A stretch of 63,020 bases of DNA, counting the filler, from Intoshia linei (lineage: Eukaryota; Animalia; Orthonectida), in the NCBI GenBank assembly GCA_001642005.1. It is 4 parts of 4 records of this genome, joined end to end, with 100 filler letters (N's around TTAATTAATTAA, not from the genome) between each part and the next. Parts side by side here need not be neighbours in the genome. Positions count along the whole stretch, not along the records: positions 32,995 to 48,132 come from LWCA01000929.1; positions 48,233 to 63,020 come from LWCA01000946.1; 2 more parts are not named here. One strand, 5' to 3'. The position numbers were made by a program, and so were the translations under genes. Below are positions 38,614-52,890 of this stretch, piece after piece (position 1 is the first letter of the stretch; every line of letters starts with the position of its first letter). The notes under the pieces are model-generated. The model worked only from the letters and a program-made list of their open reading frames with translations, had not been told where the DNA came from and made no database searches.

Positions 38614-41600
38614 TTATTGAACAGTTTTGCACAAAATATAATTCCATAGGCTTTACTTGACTTTCATTTATATATACATCTTTACAACGTAATTTCATAT
38701 ACGTGAAACTTATTATTGTTACAATGGATATAACTATGAATGCCAATATGATTAAAACCTGTACAGTAATATTTAGTATAGATGTTGAATTGAAATTGGT
38801 TTTTTCTAAAATTAAATTTTAATATACAATAACATGTATTGACAGAGGTCAATTTTGTTATGTTTTTATTCATATATTTAAGCTAGGGTTTTCATTTTTT
38901 TTAAATTGGACCATTTAAGATGTAATAGACGTGGACCTACATTGTAGATGCTAAGAAATAACACCATAATATGAATATTTATATAATTAAAATTTGCATT
39001 TTAATTAATAGTTTGCACAGTATGTTTTCTAAACTATTATACAACTTGGTCCGTTACCCATTTTTTGCAAATTTCATTATTGAAAAAAATCCCTTTAGCA
39101 TCTCATCCCTGTTTTGAATATTTACACTTGTATTGAGAAGGACGGGGAGGCGGTTATACAAAATATTACTTTTTTGATGATAAAATTGAAGAATCTGAAA
39201 TGTTGAATATGTCAAAATATTGTTATATATTGCTTTGGCCTTTTCGTGTAATATAATGTATAATCTAAAAGATTTAATTCAATTAATAATTGCACTATTA
39301 CAATAATTCCTGATTACTTTCATTAGAAATGTATATGATTGTTCAATGATTAACTACATCTTACCAATGTGAACAGACGATTCGAGTTTGATATATTTTT
39401 AAAAATTACGTGAAATTTATCGAACAAAAAAATGGTACACTTTGTTATTAACCTAGCAAAATTATATGTACCGTAAATTCAGTTATACTTGATTCATTCG
39501 TGGAATATTTAAATTCTAAATTTTAGTAGTTTATTTACATTGTGCTTATTTTGGAAAAAATTTAAAAAGAGATTAGAATTTTGACACCTAAGAATGACTC
39601 GAATCACTTTCAAATATGTACTTGGTAGTGAAAATACTCTTTTTGGGTTATCTGTTTATGATTTTAAAAACGTCAATTTAAATCTTAATTTATGTTGTAT
39701 ACAATTTTCGGACTTTTTCATTTTTACAAAAAAGGGTAATTTAGGGTTTTGGCCGTGAATATTTTGAAATTGCAATTTATCATGATGTTGATGATTTTCA
39801 AATTTTGTTTTTTATTTATAAAAATATCATATATAGAAACCTATAAATCAGGATCAAGTGTATTAGATAGTTATATCAAGTTAAAACAAAAAATTTCAAT
39901 CTCACAAAGTGACGCCTTCACGATCAAAAAAACATTTTAGTAATCATTTTTTTTATTTTGATACTCTTCATCTCCATCGATGTCGTTCATCATAATAAAA
40001 ATGGTTCAGAAATACGAATATAAAATGTACACATCATGTAAAAGTAGATTTTGTATATGTAATTACTAATTACTCATATTAAAAATCTAAAAATCAATAT
40101 TCATGATTCTCTAAAACATGAACCAATCATTATAAAATATTAATTTTTAGCAGGTATAATAGATAATATAGATTTTTTATATATATTTTATAGTAAACAA
40201 TAATTTAAAAACATGTTATATTTTGTGAATAATGGCGGGAATAAAGTAAAATTTCGATTTCATCAAATGTATTGGTATTAACGAATACCCTAGGGTTCGC
40301 CTTTTAAACCAACACTAATACATGTTATAAAGTATTAAAACGTGTCTTTACAGCTACATGTGGCAATACATAAATAATCATTTTTAAATTTACATAGTGT
40401 GATGGAGAACATATAAATATTTTCGATATACCAATTTGTGGCAAGAAATTTGTTTATATTTTTGAGATATCCAAGTTTTGTTCTGGAATGTCATCATTTT
40501 TAATTGGTTATTTTGACATATAGAAAAGTTTTCGTCTATAACAAAAATGTAAAATAAACAATTAACGTGCATTTTAATTAGTCTACCCCACTCGAAGCCG
40601 AAAATCAAAAGTAAGCTCTAAAACAATGCGAAATTCCACATAACCAGGACCATGGATAGACAAGAGTGGCCAAATCGAATTAAAGTTGTAGGCCGTATAT
40701 AAGAATATAAATATTTTTTACTTGTACTACAACGTAAATACTTGGACTTAACAACAAAAAATGTAATTGTTTTTTCTTTTTAAATGTAAAATATTATATG
40801 ACTTGCCTTGCTATATTACTTTTTAAATAAAATCGTATAATATTTGACAAAAAAAAATTGTACATAAAGTACGTACCATTTATAATTGCAAAATCTGAAC
40901 AATTTAAGCATGGAATATTTGACATGTTTAGTAGATTGTTTTTTATAATATAGTCTTCAGTAAGAATAAAAGTCGATCTAAATGTAGGTGTTGAAATTAT
41001 TAAATTATATACACAAAAATAAAATTTTCGTTAGAGAGGTTACTGCAATGTTATAGAAATAGGGAAAATGAGGCCTTATTGACGATTTGGTTCGGCCTTC
41101 TGAACAATTTGAATTATTTTATTAATTAATAATTATATTATTTTAAAAATATTAATCTTTAAGTAAGATGGGATTTTACACATATATTGGTAAAGCTGTT
41201 TTTTCCTTAAGGATTAGTAAAATTTTGGTTTTTTCTCATATTATTTTACTAAACCTAATAAAATATGCTAAAAATTTATCATTCACCCCAATCATCTAAA
41301 ATTATTCACCTCTTGGTGTGACCAGTCACCCCCAAGAGAAGCACTGCTGTATTTGATTTTATTTAGAATGGTGCGGCCTTATTAAATTGTTTTGGGACGT
41401 TAGTGCGGCCTTCGAGCAATAAATGCTTCCCAACCTTTGGGTTAGTCCATTACTTAAAAAGGACTTTTTTATTAAAATAAATAAGTTTGTTGCGTGACTT
41501 ATATTTTTTATGAGAAAAATTACTAGCTGATAAAATCAATAAAGAATTTTGCCCTGATAATAAAGGAATAATTGCCTTAATAAAAAATTAGAATCTATCA

Positions 41601-44600
41601 TACAGAGATCAACAACCTCGATAACAATTCAATCAGATCCTCGATATTTAAAGTATAAACTAAAACTTTGTATACATTTTATTCAACGAATTTTAAATGT
41701 TGACAACAATTTAGTTAATTGTATTTAAATTACTTTATAGAAAAATCAATTTTGATAATGGATTGGTTTGAATTAAAATATTGATCAAACCTTAATATAT
41801 TATTTATATTTTTAAATTTGAATAATAAATTGTGAAATAATAAATAAATGTTATCATTTTTAGCGTATATTCTGTCAAATACTAAGTTTTTTGAATAATG
41901 TGGATCTAAATATATAATTATATGAGTGTTTTTTTCATTAAATTAAATTTGGATCACTTTTACGAACAAATAAATGATTAGTAAAACAATTCAGTTTCAC
42001 AATTAGTGTCGTTTCATAGAAAGCATCATACCCGTAAAACGTAAAAAAATAAATTTGAAAGGAAATAGTTCAATAAATATATACAATTATAAAGTATAAT
42101 ATACAGGTATCCCTCAATTAACGCAATTTATAAAGCCAGAATTTCAACCGCGTTAATCGAGGAAAGTTTGATTTTTTAAGTTTATTTTATACTTTTGAAA
42201 AATAACTGGATTTTTCTTTGTGTCTTATCAGATAAGTTATCTATATCTTCAGATATATTCCTTTTTCCAAACCGTTACATACAATTGTGCTTATTGATAT
42301 ATTCAGATCCATTTCGACAATTTTTTCCTTTAATACAGTAGTGTAGTCAGTGTACAGTGATACATCTAATAATGTAGCTCAAATTGTAAAAATAATTCAT
42401 GCAACTCTATATTTTTTAATTCATTTTGTTCTTCCTCTTCCAACTGATAGAGCTCGTTTTGTTTTGATAATTCGATAATATCATCATTATTAAATTCGTT
42501 CGAATATGAATTTATTAATTCCTCAACATTGTGGACATTAATTTCATTCAAGCCCACACGTTATCCAATTTAAACAATTTCGTTAAATGTGTCTAACCCT
42601 GGGTGAATTGAAGCAAAATTCATGATCATTAAAAAATGAAGGAAATAGTTGTTTATTATTGTTTGTTATTGAAAAAACCAGATTAAGAAATCAATAAAAT
42701 CAAATGTTTGTAAATGTAAAGAAAAACGTACAATTAATTTGCATTTAAAAAATATATTGGACTGACTTCTAAAATAATTAACCAACAAAAATAATCTTAA
42801 TACATTAAATTTACATTACATGTTAATTAAAAATATAAAAAATTTTTTTTATAAATATTTTAAAATTCGGGTTAAATTCATTTTTCACCGCGTTAGTTGA
42901 GGAAGTGACACAAAAAACACCGCGTTAATCGAGGCATACCTGTACACATTTTATATTTTACCATTAAAGTTTAATCTGTGAGTTGCAAAACCATCATAAT
43001 AATAAATCCTGTATTCAGTATCGATAAAGTATATTACATTTATTCCAGTATATAAATCCAATATTGTGTAATTTGAGAAATTTATATAAACTTCAATGAT
43101 ATGTTTCTCTTTATTTATTAAAGTCTTAATATATTTTCCACTATTTTCAAAAACAAAATAATTGTTTTTTAAAATTTCATGAGAGTATACTAAATACAAT
43201 GGATTAGGAAGTTGTTGCTTATAAAATTTTGATAAACTACGATTTTTTAAATAAATATTGGAAACAAGATATTTTCCTTAAGCGTTGGTAAAATCGTGTT
43301 TTTCAAAATAATATTGGAAACAGGATATTTCCGTTAATATTTGATAAATTTTATTTTATAGATTTGGAATAAGAGGTTTTTTCTCATCATTTTCTCAAGT
43401 TTTATTTATTTTCAAAAAAAAATCGGTAAACTTTATTAATGGAGGGATAAAAGTCGGGTTTTTGAAATAATAATAATTGTCTAGGCTCTAGACTTTTGAA
43501 TAAATTCGAAACATCTGGAAACTGTAATAAATATTAATGATTCTACACTAAAAATAAACAAAAGTTGATAAATTTTTTTTTATATTTTATTTGAATCTCA
43601 CGGGGCCAGGAATATAGTTTTTGATCTAATCGGGAGACACTGATTTAGACTGTATACGGTAAATTTTTAAAATAAGTGTAAAAACTAACAAAAAAATTAA
43701 AGATTACCAGTTTCGTCGAAATTATCTGAATTTGACATTTTCTGAGTCTTAATTTCATTTTCATTTGATAAATAGTGAGGTATAATTCTTTTATCTGTGA
43801 TGACAAATGGTAATGTTCAGATATAAATTACCAATATGATTAGTAAAACCGGGGAAAATTTTAGATCCAAAACTTGAATTATATAATTTGTACGATACGT
43901 TTTTGATTTTAAATTGCACCCGTCGAATTAATTTTTGATTCAATACATTCTTAAAAGTAATTACACCATTTTCATTTATACGGATTTTAATATTCTAAAA
44001 TTGATACATGTCAACTACATGTATCACTTTATGCAGAGTTCGTAATAAATTAAATTAGGGTCGGCAACCTGTGGCCCACATAATAATTTTGTTGGCCCTT
44101 TGAATAAATATGTAAATTATTTATTTGTAAACTTTTAAACACCATTTTAAACATTTTCTACGATAATTGGCTTATTAATATCATTTTAATACTGAATTTT
44201 CTGATCGCCCTGGATTTTATTTTTTTGACTATACAAGAACCGTTTCTCTTCAGTTAGAATTTAAATGTAGCATGTGTAAATTTAAAAAAACGGGCAGTAT
44301 TCTGTTAAGTATAAAAAAGTGCCCCACGAGATTAAAAAGGTTGCAAACCCTGAATTAAATGAAAGTAATATTAAAAACTTACGTTAAGATTACATTGAAG
44401 CGAATTTCGTCCACAAAGTGGCTCGGCTTTTCTAAGAAATATAATAAACGATAATTACGATTTGTCATGATAAATATTACCTGTGTTGATATTGATGATA
44501 TGGTATTTCAAAAAAGGCGCATTCTATAAAGTTGAATTTGAACAAATTGTTGTAACTTTGATGAAAATGGTCTTGATGTCTCAAACGGTAATACCTTATT

Positions 44601-46615
44601 GAATTTTGTATATTTATTGATACATACAGTGTATTTTCATTGAAAATCCAATTTATATCTAATTACGGTAAAAGTATTACAATTGACATTTTTAGTAAAG
44701 TAAATAAACCTTTTATTTTAAAATTGAGAGTGACGTAAATTAGATTATCTTGAAACATTTGCTTTATAATGATTGTATTAAAGTGGTGGTTATACATGTA
44801 CAAATTATTTTTATACAACCCCAAAATGCTAGTTGATTCATGATTTAAATGCAATGGTTGAAAATATGTTGCATTGTGTAATTTTTGAGTTTTTTTGAAA
44901 ATCAATTTTTCACATTTTGCATCATAATTTAAGAAAATTGGTGATCGATAAGCGAAATTCATGGGCATGATGCACAAATAGTCGAATAAAATGATGCATA
45001 TTTTGTTGCCGTTATTTTCTATTATATTTTTATGTAATGTAAAAAAATTATCATGATATATGAACACGCGTATAATTACAGTGGTTCTTAGCTTTTCATA
45101 TAAAAATATTTTTGAAACCTCATTTACGATAAAAATTAATTTCTAAGTCAAATTAAATGTACAAAATTTACGAATGTCTATTTAATATTTTATTTATAAG
45201 AATAATTAGAATATTTTTAAATTGACCATAGACCACTATTAAGAACTACCTACATGAGTAATATTAATGCATGAAATATAGGTGTTTAAATTTGAAGGAA
45301 TCTTGTAGATTTAATGTCCGAATCTGACATTATAATTTATCGATAAAATACACGTGCTCAACTAAGTTTATTAATATTAAAGTGAAGTTACAGTAACTTC
45401 ACTATTACAATAACATGTATCTTTAAAATTACCAATATTTTGATAAAATTGAGAAAATGCAACTGAATATATCTTTGAAAAATAGAAATTTGTAAAGTTT
45501 AGATTATAACTATACGTCGTATGTTTAATCCATTTAAAGTTCTCCATTTTATAAATATCCAGTTTAGAGTTGGAATAAATAAACAAATTTTTCTAAGCAT
45601 TAGTTAAAACAATTTAGTTTTGCTAACAAAATTACTTCTATTAAATCAAAATAATCGTACACGTTGTAGAAAACAATGTAATGAGAAGCACAGTTTAATT
45701 TATGGAGACAGACTATATAATCGAATAAAATGTCGTTATTGATTTTATGCCCAACAAAAAGTTCAATTTTTTCATTATACAAAAAAGACATCTTCATATT
45801 TTCAAAACTGTCAATATTTTGTAACGATTCAATGAGTACACTTTCTCCATTTGCAAAGCCGATTCTACCGTATTTCTCCAAATAGAAAATATCTCTAATT
45901 TTTGTTAAAAATATAATGCTAGTGATCAATACGCAGGGCCAGATGGAAATTGTCGGTTCTATAAAAATGTAGTAAAAAAATTGGCATCTATATATTGCTT
46001 AATCGATGGTTCATTATCGAAAATTAAAAATAACTAGGACTGTTAATAGAACATTTTATTATACAATAATTTTTATATACTTAAGAAATTTTTCAACATA
46101 AATTAAAAAACTAAGTCCTCATGGTTGTAAGCCCGGTCCATATGGCCCTAGCCCTGCCAACAGGTGACTCATTTAATTCTTTAATCAGTCAAAAAGTTAG
46201 CCACATAAATTTACCCTAAATTGAAGATATATTTTGCATATAATATACAAAAATTCTGGTCGAAATTGTAATACATTTGTTGTCCATTCATTTTATACAT
46301 AACAAACCAACCAAAATCATTATCTGCCCATAAAATTGCATCCACTTCAGAATCGTATGTTGGATAAGAAATATTTGGGGACATTCCATTGTATAACAAA
46401 TTAGAATTTTTCATTTCTATAAGTTTTAATCCCTGATTCGAATTATTAATTCTGATTTTGGAATATGTCGATTCTATCAGTAATATATTCCCATTATCCA
46501 TAAATACAGTTTTATCAAAACTGCTCACAATGTGATGCGTGGTAGTAATAAAAATATCGTCCGTTTTGAAGGAGGAATCAACTCGACAAATCAATCCCAA
46601 AAAGAATAAAAACAT
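38614..46615 (-). CDS. Divergent putative type I membrane protein (signal peptide, YWTD/propeller-like and Cys-containing segments, TM helix, short tail); internal exons unresolved
   Basis: Starts MFLFFLGLICRVDS. Contains DAILWADNDFGWFVMYKMNG and NVIYFID. Same-strand exon-like ORFs lie at 45929-45600, 45586-45377, 45067-44663, 43199-42951 and 40608-40390. The terminal exon reads VQVLIILAFIVISIVTIISFTY-MKLRCK...CKTVQ* (stop 38614-38616). That all pieces form one gene is inferred. Confidence 0.5.
42104..42942 (-). mobile_element. Internally deleted Tigger/pogo element
   Basis: TA-CAGGTATCCCTCAATTAACGC ... GCGTTAATCGAGGCATACCTG-TA. Carries a Tigger-like C-terminal remnant GLNEINVHNVEELINSYSNEFNNDDIIEL. 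Confidence 0.85.
44056..44352. mobile_element. hAT-Charlie-type MITE
   Basis: 8-bp TSD AATTAAAT. TIR TAGGGTCGGCAACC / GGTTGCAAACCCTG. Confidence 0.8.
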
Positions 46616-46718
46616 AAAACCAAAATTTTAATAAAAATAATTAAACTGAAATGATTAAAATGCATTAAAACTAGACTATTGAATTTACTGAAAGCATTCA
46701 TTCACGTGTAATATTTAA

Positions 46719-48000
46719 TTATTTTTTTACAATATTCTTTTTTTTATTAAATTTTTTCATTTTCTTTGCAGGAGATTTTCCACTTTTACCTACTAAATAA
46801 GTATAAATAGTCATTCAAGATATAATTTCAATTACCATTATTCACATTCTTAGTAGTTTCTTTTGATACTAAACAATATCATCAAAAACTATTGAATAAT
46901 TTTATTACTTTTATCGATAGATCTCTTTTTAACATTTTTGTTTGCCTTTGGAGTAATAACGATATCAACTTCTAAACAATTAATTAATTGTAAAAAAAAT
47001 TGTTAATAGTAAGGATCTAATTAAATATAAACAAGTATATAAATTACTTGTTTCAACTTTCTTTTCTACACTTTCTTTTGGTTTATGCTTAACTAAAATA
47101 AAATTATCAATTTAATGAAAAATCAATGTGGAAAGTTTTAGACAAAAATAAAATACCCTTTTCTGATTTTGCTGACTCTTTTGTAGCTAATATTAAATAT
47201 AATATCATAATGACAAATGGTACCTGAATGATCAAAATCTCTAAAAATCTTGGCATAATATATGAAAAATTGTGTATTTCTATCATGTTTATCAAGAACT
47301 TCTTTTGCAGCCTCCTCTGAGGGGAAATCAATAAAGCTATAACTCAAATTTGGAGTATTTTGTTTCATTTGAGGTTCATATTCTAATTTCGGTCCAAGAA
47401 TTTTTTTTATTTGTGCCAAAGTAGTGGGCTTTGAAAATCTACCAACAAACAAACGTTTCTTATTATAATCTAAAATATTAATAACAAAATAAAAACTGTC
47501 GACAACTGTCTTTATCAAGTGAATTTACAAAATTTATTGTCAGTGGCTTATCTTGCAACTTTTTCTTTTGCAATGTTTTGTAATTTTTTTTGGCTGTTTT
47601 TGCATCTTCAAAATCAATGAATGCGTAACAACTAATTTTTTAAATTAAGTAAATTAATAACCGAAAATATACGATTGTCTGTTTGGTATCTTTTTCCCCA
47701 ATATAATGGCATATTTGATATCACTTGCTAGTTCTTTAATCATATCCACAGTAACTTCACACGTAAATTTACCAACGTAGAGTCTTCGTGTATTGTATGC
47801 AACTATTTAATAATTTATTAAATATAAAGTCTACAATACCAATAGATTCTCCTTGTCGTCTGTCATGGAATGTATCTATATTGAATAGTTTTAATTTATA
47901 TCTTTTCAATATTTTTACCTTTATTTGTTATTTTTTCATTTTTAGGCTCTTTTGGTTTTCTTTTTTCAGATATTATTTCTTTAATCTGTTGAGCAACCTC
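46719..48000 (-). CDS. RNA-binding protein with two RRMs and a Lys-rich tail (nucleolin-like architecture); 5' end lost in the gap
   Basis: RRM1: RRLYVGKF...CYAFIDFEDAKTAKKNY...KPLTINF. RRM2: KRLFVGRF...SYSFIDFPSEEAAKEVL. A run of short Lys-rich exons ends KSPAKKMKKFNKKKNIVKK*. Confidence 0.8.
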
Positions 48001-48132
48001 TAAATTCAAATTTAATTTTTGCAGGTAAAACAAAATATAAATTGTTAAATCTCTAGTATACTACAATACATATAAAGGTATATCAGAAGATTAATCATCA
48101 ATCTTCAGATAGGGATAACTGTATTTCTTCAT

Positions 48133-48232
48133 NNNNNNNNNNNNNNNNNNNNNNNNNNNNNNNNNNNNNNNNNNNNTTAATTAATTAANNNNNNNNNNNN
48201 NNNNNNNNNNNNNNNNNNNNNNNNNNNNNNNN
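48133..48232. other. Assembly gap spacer
   Basis: N44-TTAATTAATTAA-N44. Confidence 0.97.
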
Positions 48233-51200
48233 TTATTATAGATAACCTTACCAACACAATGCATAAAGCGAGCTAATTTATGCACTGGTTACAATAATTC
48301 AGATTATGCTGAGTTAACGACGCAATAAAGATAACATTGCTAAAAATTTTCTAAAATACTTTTTTTAGATAAAATTATTCCCTTTTATTTTTAAAAATGA
48401 AAAATTAGATTTTTAGTATTTTATTAAATTCTATATACAGTCTAACTTAAAGTGACCAGAAAAATACGTACTATCACATTGAGTTTATTTGGAATAAATT
48501 TTAAGCCGATAATTTTTGTTCGTCATCATAAATAAGTAGTTTTGGCTTTACATTTAACACGAAATAAACTAAAATTCTAGCCACTTGTCTAACTTGTCTA
48601 TGATTAATTTACTACCTAGGTTACCTAAAGTGAACTGTATTTACAGTGCAGTGAAATCATTACATAAAATAGTAGATTCTAGATATTTACATGGCTACTT
48701 TAACCTAATGAATATAACCAATTTGAATGGTACTTTTAATGTAGTAGTCATAGATTTTAATGATTTCTGATGACAAAGATAAAATTACAATTGTAGAATC
48801 TAAAAGCCAACGCAAAATAACCCATAAATTAAGAAAAATTAAAAAATTATTTACATTTAATATTTTTTATTTATAAATTTATCAGATTTTTAAAAATATT
48901 GGAATATTTTGGTTTGTCTAAATTTTGAAATTCCGTTAAATAGGAATTTTTTCCGTTAAATAGGACTTAGACTGTACATCATTCTAATCTTTATAGTGGG
49001 TAGATCTATAATAAATTAAAATTAATGGGTTATCTCAAAAAAAATTTCATTTTTTTTCACTGTGTTAATATTATTGTGAATATATTTTTTTAAATTTATA
49101 AAAATGTAAATCTTTTAAAATTAAAACCATTGTCATAATATTGATTAAACAGTTTAAATAAAATGTATTGAAATGCATTTAAATATATAAATATTAACTA
49201 AACATTTAATTTTAAGGTAAAATATTCCCTAGAGAAAATTGACATTAAATTATATGTTTAATATTAATCATTACATGTAATTATTTTATGATCATAAATG
49301 TAAAAATAAAATATAAGTGAATGAAATGAAATAATAAATTCAAAGTTTAAACCATTTTATTGGATAAATAAAATCATACATTTAAATATAATCAATAAGT
49401 GTTTAAAATTGAAAAATATTTATACAGTTAATTTGGGTTATTTTTCGATATTTCAGGTTATTTTTCATTTTTTTCGTTATATTTTATAACAATTTTTAAT
49501 CAAATTTAAATATATAGTAGATTAATGACTATAAAGATATAATTAACAGGATAAAAATAATAAAACCATTTTACAGATTATGTGAATAATAATGGATATT
49601 AAAATGTAATTTTATTAATACATGTAATTTACATGATGTAAATATCATTATCAAACATTAAATAAGAAATATACAATGTATATTATACATGTATGTCCCA
49701 ATGAATATATTTTACCGAACCTATCTACCGCAAAACCCTTCTTCGTGACTCGTTTTTCCAAATTGAGCATTAAAAAATTATATTCTTGAATATCAACTAT
49801 TTTTTTGTTTATTTAAAAATTTCAATTCTAGAGCCTTAATACGATTGTTTGGTTATAGTATAACCGTTATACTGTGTATCTTACTTAATGTATGACACTA
49901 TGCATCGTTTGTGAAATTTTTAGGACTTATTTTAATTTTCAGGCAGCTTCGAGCTTAGTAGGTTCGGCTCTGATCCTAAATACAATCTAAAACAAGAAAA
50001 TGTGTACCAATTTAAAATTCAAATTATTAAATTGTCAATTACTGTTTTATGAATTTATTTGGATACTCAAATTACAATATTCTATCTACGTTCAATGCAC
50101 ATTACATTATATGAGTTAAAAATTAAAAATATATCAAAATGTTTTGATTATTCTCTGAAATGTATACATTTATTGGTTTTTTATTTTATTTGTTTCATTT
50201 CTAAAATTATAAACTAAAAAATGAAATAAAAATGAATAAGGTTTACTGTATAATCCAAATCTTCAGGAATATGGATAGAGAAAAACATTGCACTCTATAA
50301 TTATGTTTTCAATGTTATTAAAATTACAAAGTATGCATAATAAATTAAAGATATGTATAATTATAAACGGTACATATAACTGAGTTAATTCCTAATTGAA
50401 TTGGCAACTGTAGGATAAATAATTTGTTTATAATCACAAAGTATCAATCCATAAATGATTAAATAAATATCAATCAAATTTCGGAAATGCAAAAATATTA
50501 ACCATCTGACCCACTATACGTATAAATTGTGCAAATGTAAATTTATTTGAAAATTAACGTAAAATGAATCGAGAATATAAATAATGCTTGAAATGACAAT
50601 TAAAATTTAAAAATTTAAAAATTAAAAAGCATGCAAGAATTAATAAATGATTATAAACAGAATAGAATATATTTTGAATAACAATCAAAACAGATGGTAT
50701 AAGAATAGAACGTTAAAACAAGCAATAAAATTATGTATTATTGTTGAATAAATATTACATTATTATCGCATGAGACAATTATCAAGTATATAAATTATAA
50801 TAATTAGATTACCATGTGGTAAATGTACAGCAAATTTGTATAAAATGTAACTGATCAGGTTTATTAAAATTGAATCAAATAATTTAAACTTTTAATCAAT
50901 TGAATCATTCAATCATTATGTGTTTAATCGGCACTTGACCAGTATTTGTATTATTCGCATTGCTATTATTTACAGTTTGTCAATTTTTTCTTAAATGCGC
51001 AAAATATTGACAAAATTAAGAACCGGACACTAAATTACTTCAACTTAAAATACAAAGCATTATGATTTAAGTACTATCATATTCCTTTTCAATTTTTGGT
51101 GTACCAACAAATGCACATTATTTATATACACATTAATATAGAACACTCCCTCAAATGTACATCGTACAAATTGTATATTATGTTATCGAATGGTGTATAA

Positions 51201-51387
51201 TGGTAGGCGTGTTTGTATGCTACTGTATAGAATTCTTAGTTGCTTCACTTATTGGATACACACAGTAAAGTCAAAATATTATTATAAATTTTAGTATTCT
51301 GCAAAAATATTTTTTTATTCACTTGAATGAAACAAACATTATTATACTTGTTTTAAATTAATTTTATATTCAATTTTTGTTAATATA

Positions 51388-51627
51388 ATGGACCAAGCCA
51401 TTTTAAAAGAAAGTACAACAAATGATTCTAATGAATCCAATTCAGACGGAAAACCAGAAATTATGAAGCTAATTGATAATTATGGTATTATTTTATTATA
51501 TATTTACAAAGTAATATAATTATATAATGTATTTCAATATTTTAACATTTTTTTGATATACTCAGCTATTTCCCATGTCCGACCGTGTCCAGATAAAATT
51601 GAAGATTTTTTAAAAAATTTCATTTAA
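51388..51627 (+). CDS. Possible 52-aa two-exon micro-protein
   Basis: ATG 51388 to G|GT at 51484, an 81-bp intron ending CTCAG, then exon 51566-51627: MDQAILKESTTNDSNESNSDGKPEIMKLIDNYAISHVRPCPDKIEDFLKNFI*. Confidence 0.3.
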
Positions 51628-52435
51628 TTTTTATCATTCTATATCTTGTTATAAGAACATCATTTGGTTCTGACAATTTATTTTGTCTAAATTTTATCCA
51701 CTGATATAAATTACTTTTTATTATTGAAAAAATTCTTTTCAAACCCATTTTTTAAATAATTAGAACAGTGGAATATAAAAATCGAATAGGATCCTAAAGG
51801 TTATTATTGAACAATTTGAAAAATAATTTCTGCATTACGAAAAAAATATCTATAAATCTTACAAGACTTTAAAATTTAATTTAATTTACATATTTATATT
51901 TTATACATCATTTCCCCCGACTCTTTCTATCGAGGTAAGAGTTACAACTAAATAAAATGATACAATCTAATGATAATTAAACTTGGAATAATGCTTTGAT
52001 ATTGGCTAAGCGAAGAGGTCAATTTCTATGTTTAATCCTAGATTATGGAAATCCTATAAAAGGTGGAGTTGCAAACTTTTTAGTTTTCATTTTCAATTTA
52101 CAAATTAGTAAGTTAAAATTTTGGTTGACATAATGTTGAAATGCGTTTTTATTGGAAAGATGCAATGTTTTGAGGTTCAAATTTTTAAGAAATTTGAATT
52201 TAGAAAAATTGTATCATTATATTATATATCATTTTATTATTTGTAAAATGTTGGAATAAAATGCAAATTTATTGATGAAACACTCTTTGAAAAAAACACT
52301 ATAATATATTTAGCGACCCTACGGTCTATGGGCTCTAGTTTAATAAAAACTACATTATAATATACAATGATGGTTTATATGAAAAAATAAGAAATGCATA
52401 TACAATCATTGAAACAGGTATAACTACCTGTAGAT

Positions 52436-52890
52436 CAGCGGTTCTCAACATATTTCGCAGTTGGTACCCCTAAACTAAAAAAAAATAATTTGGCACCCCA
52501 TAATAATTTATATATATTGTAACTATGATACCATGTGAATTAAAAAAAATCAAATAAAATAAATAGTTAGTTAAACTCTACTTCATCAAAAATAGATACA
52601 TAAATGTATTATGAAATTTTAAAAATATTTATAATTTATGAATCATAAAGTGTGAGTCATTTTTGAGACGAACTGGTACCCCAAAATAATTTATGGTACC
52701 CCTAGGGAGTACCAGTACCCAGAGCCGTCTTAAGCCACTTCGTGGCCCTGGGCTAAGCAAAAGAGTGGGCCCTTTAAAATTTCAAGCAAGCAATCAAAAA
52801 AAATTTAGGTCCCCTGTTTAGAAGACAGGGCATACTGTTGCCGGAAACTTAAAGTATTATTTCATTGAATATTAATAAAAGCATTAAAAG
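52436..52890. mobile_element. hAT-Charlie MITE (CAGCGGTTCTCAAC) interrupted at ~52720 by an inverted partial copy of the 60208-60614 MITE
   Basis: CAGAGCCGTCTTAAG...GTGGCCCTGGGCTAAGCAAA matches the reverse complement of 60570-60614. Confidence 0.7.

Noticed and set aside
51140-51215. Weak hairpin AACACTCCC...GGCGTGTT
   Set aside because: Many mismatches and a large loop; not distinguishable from chance by eye.
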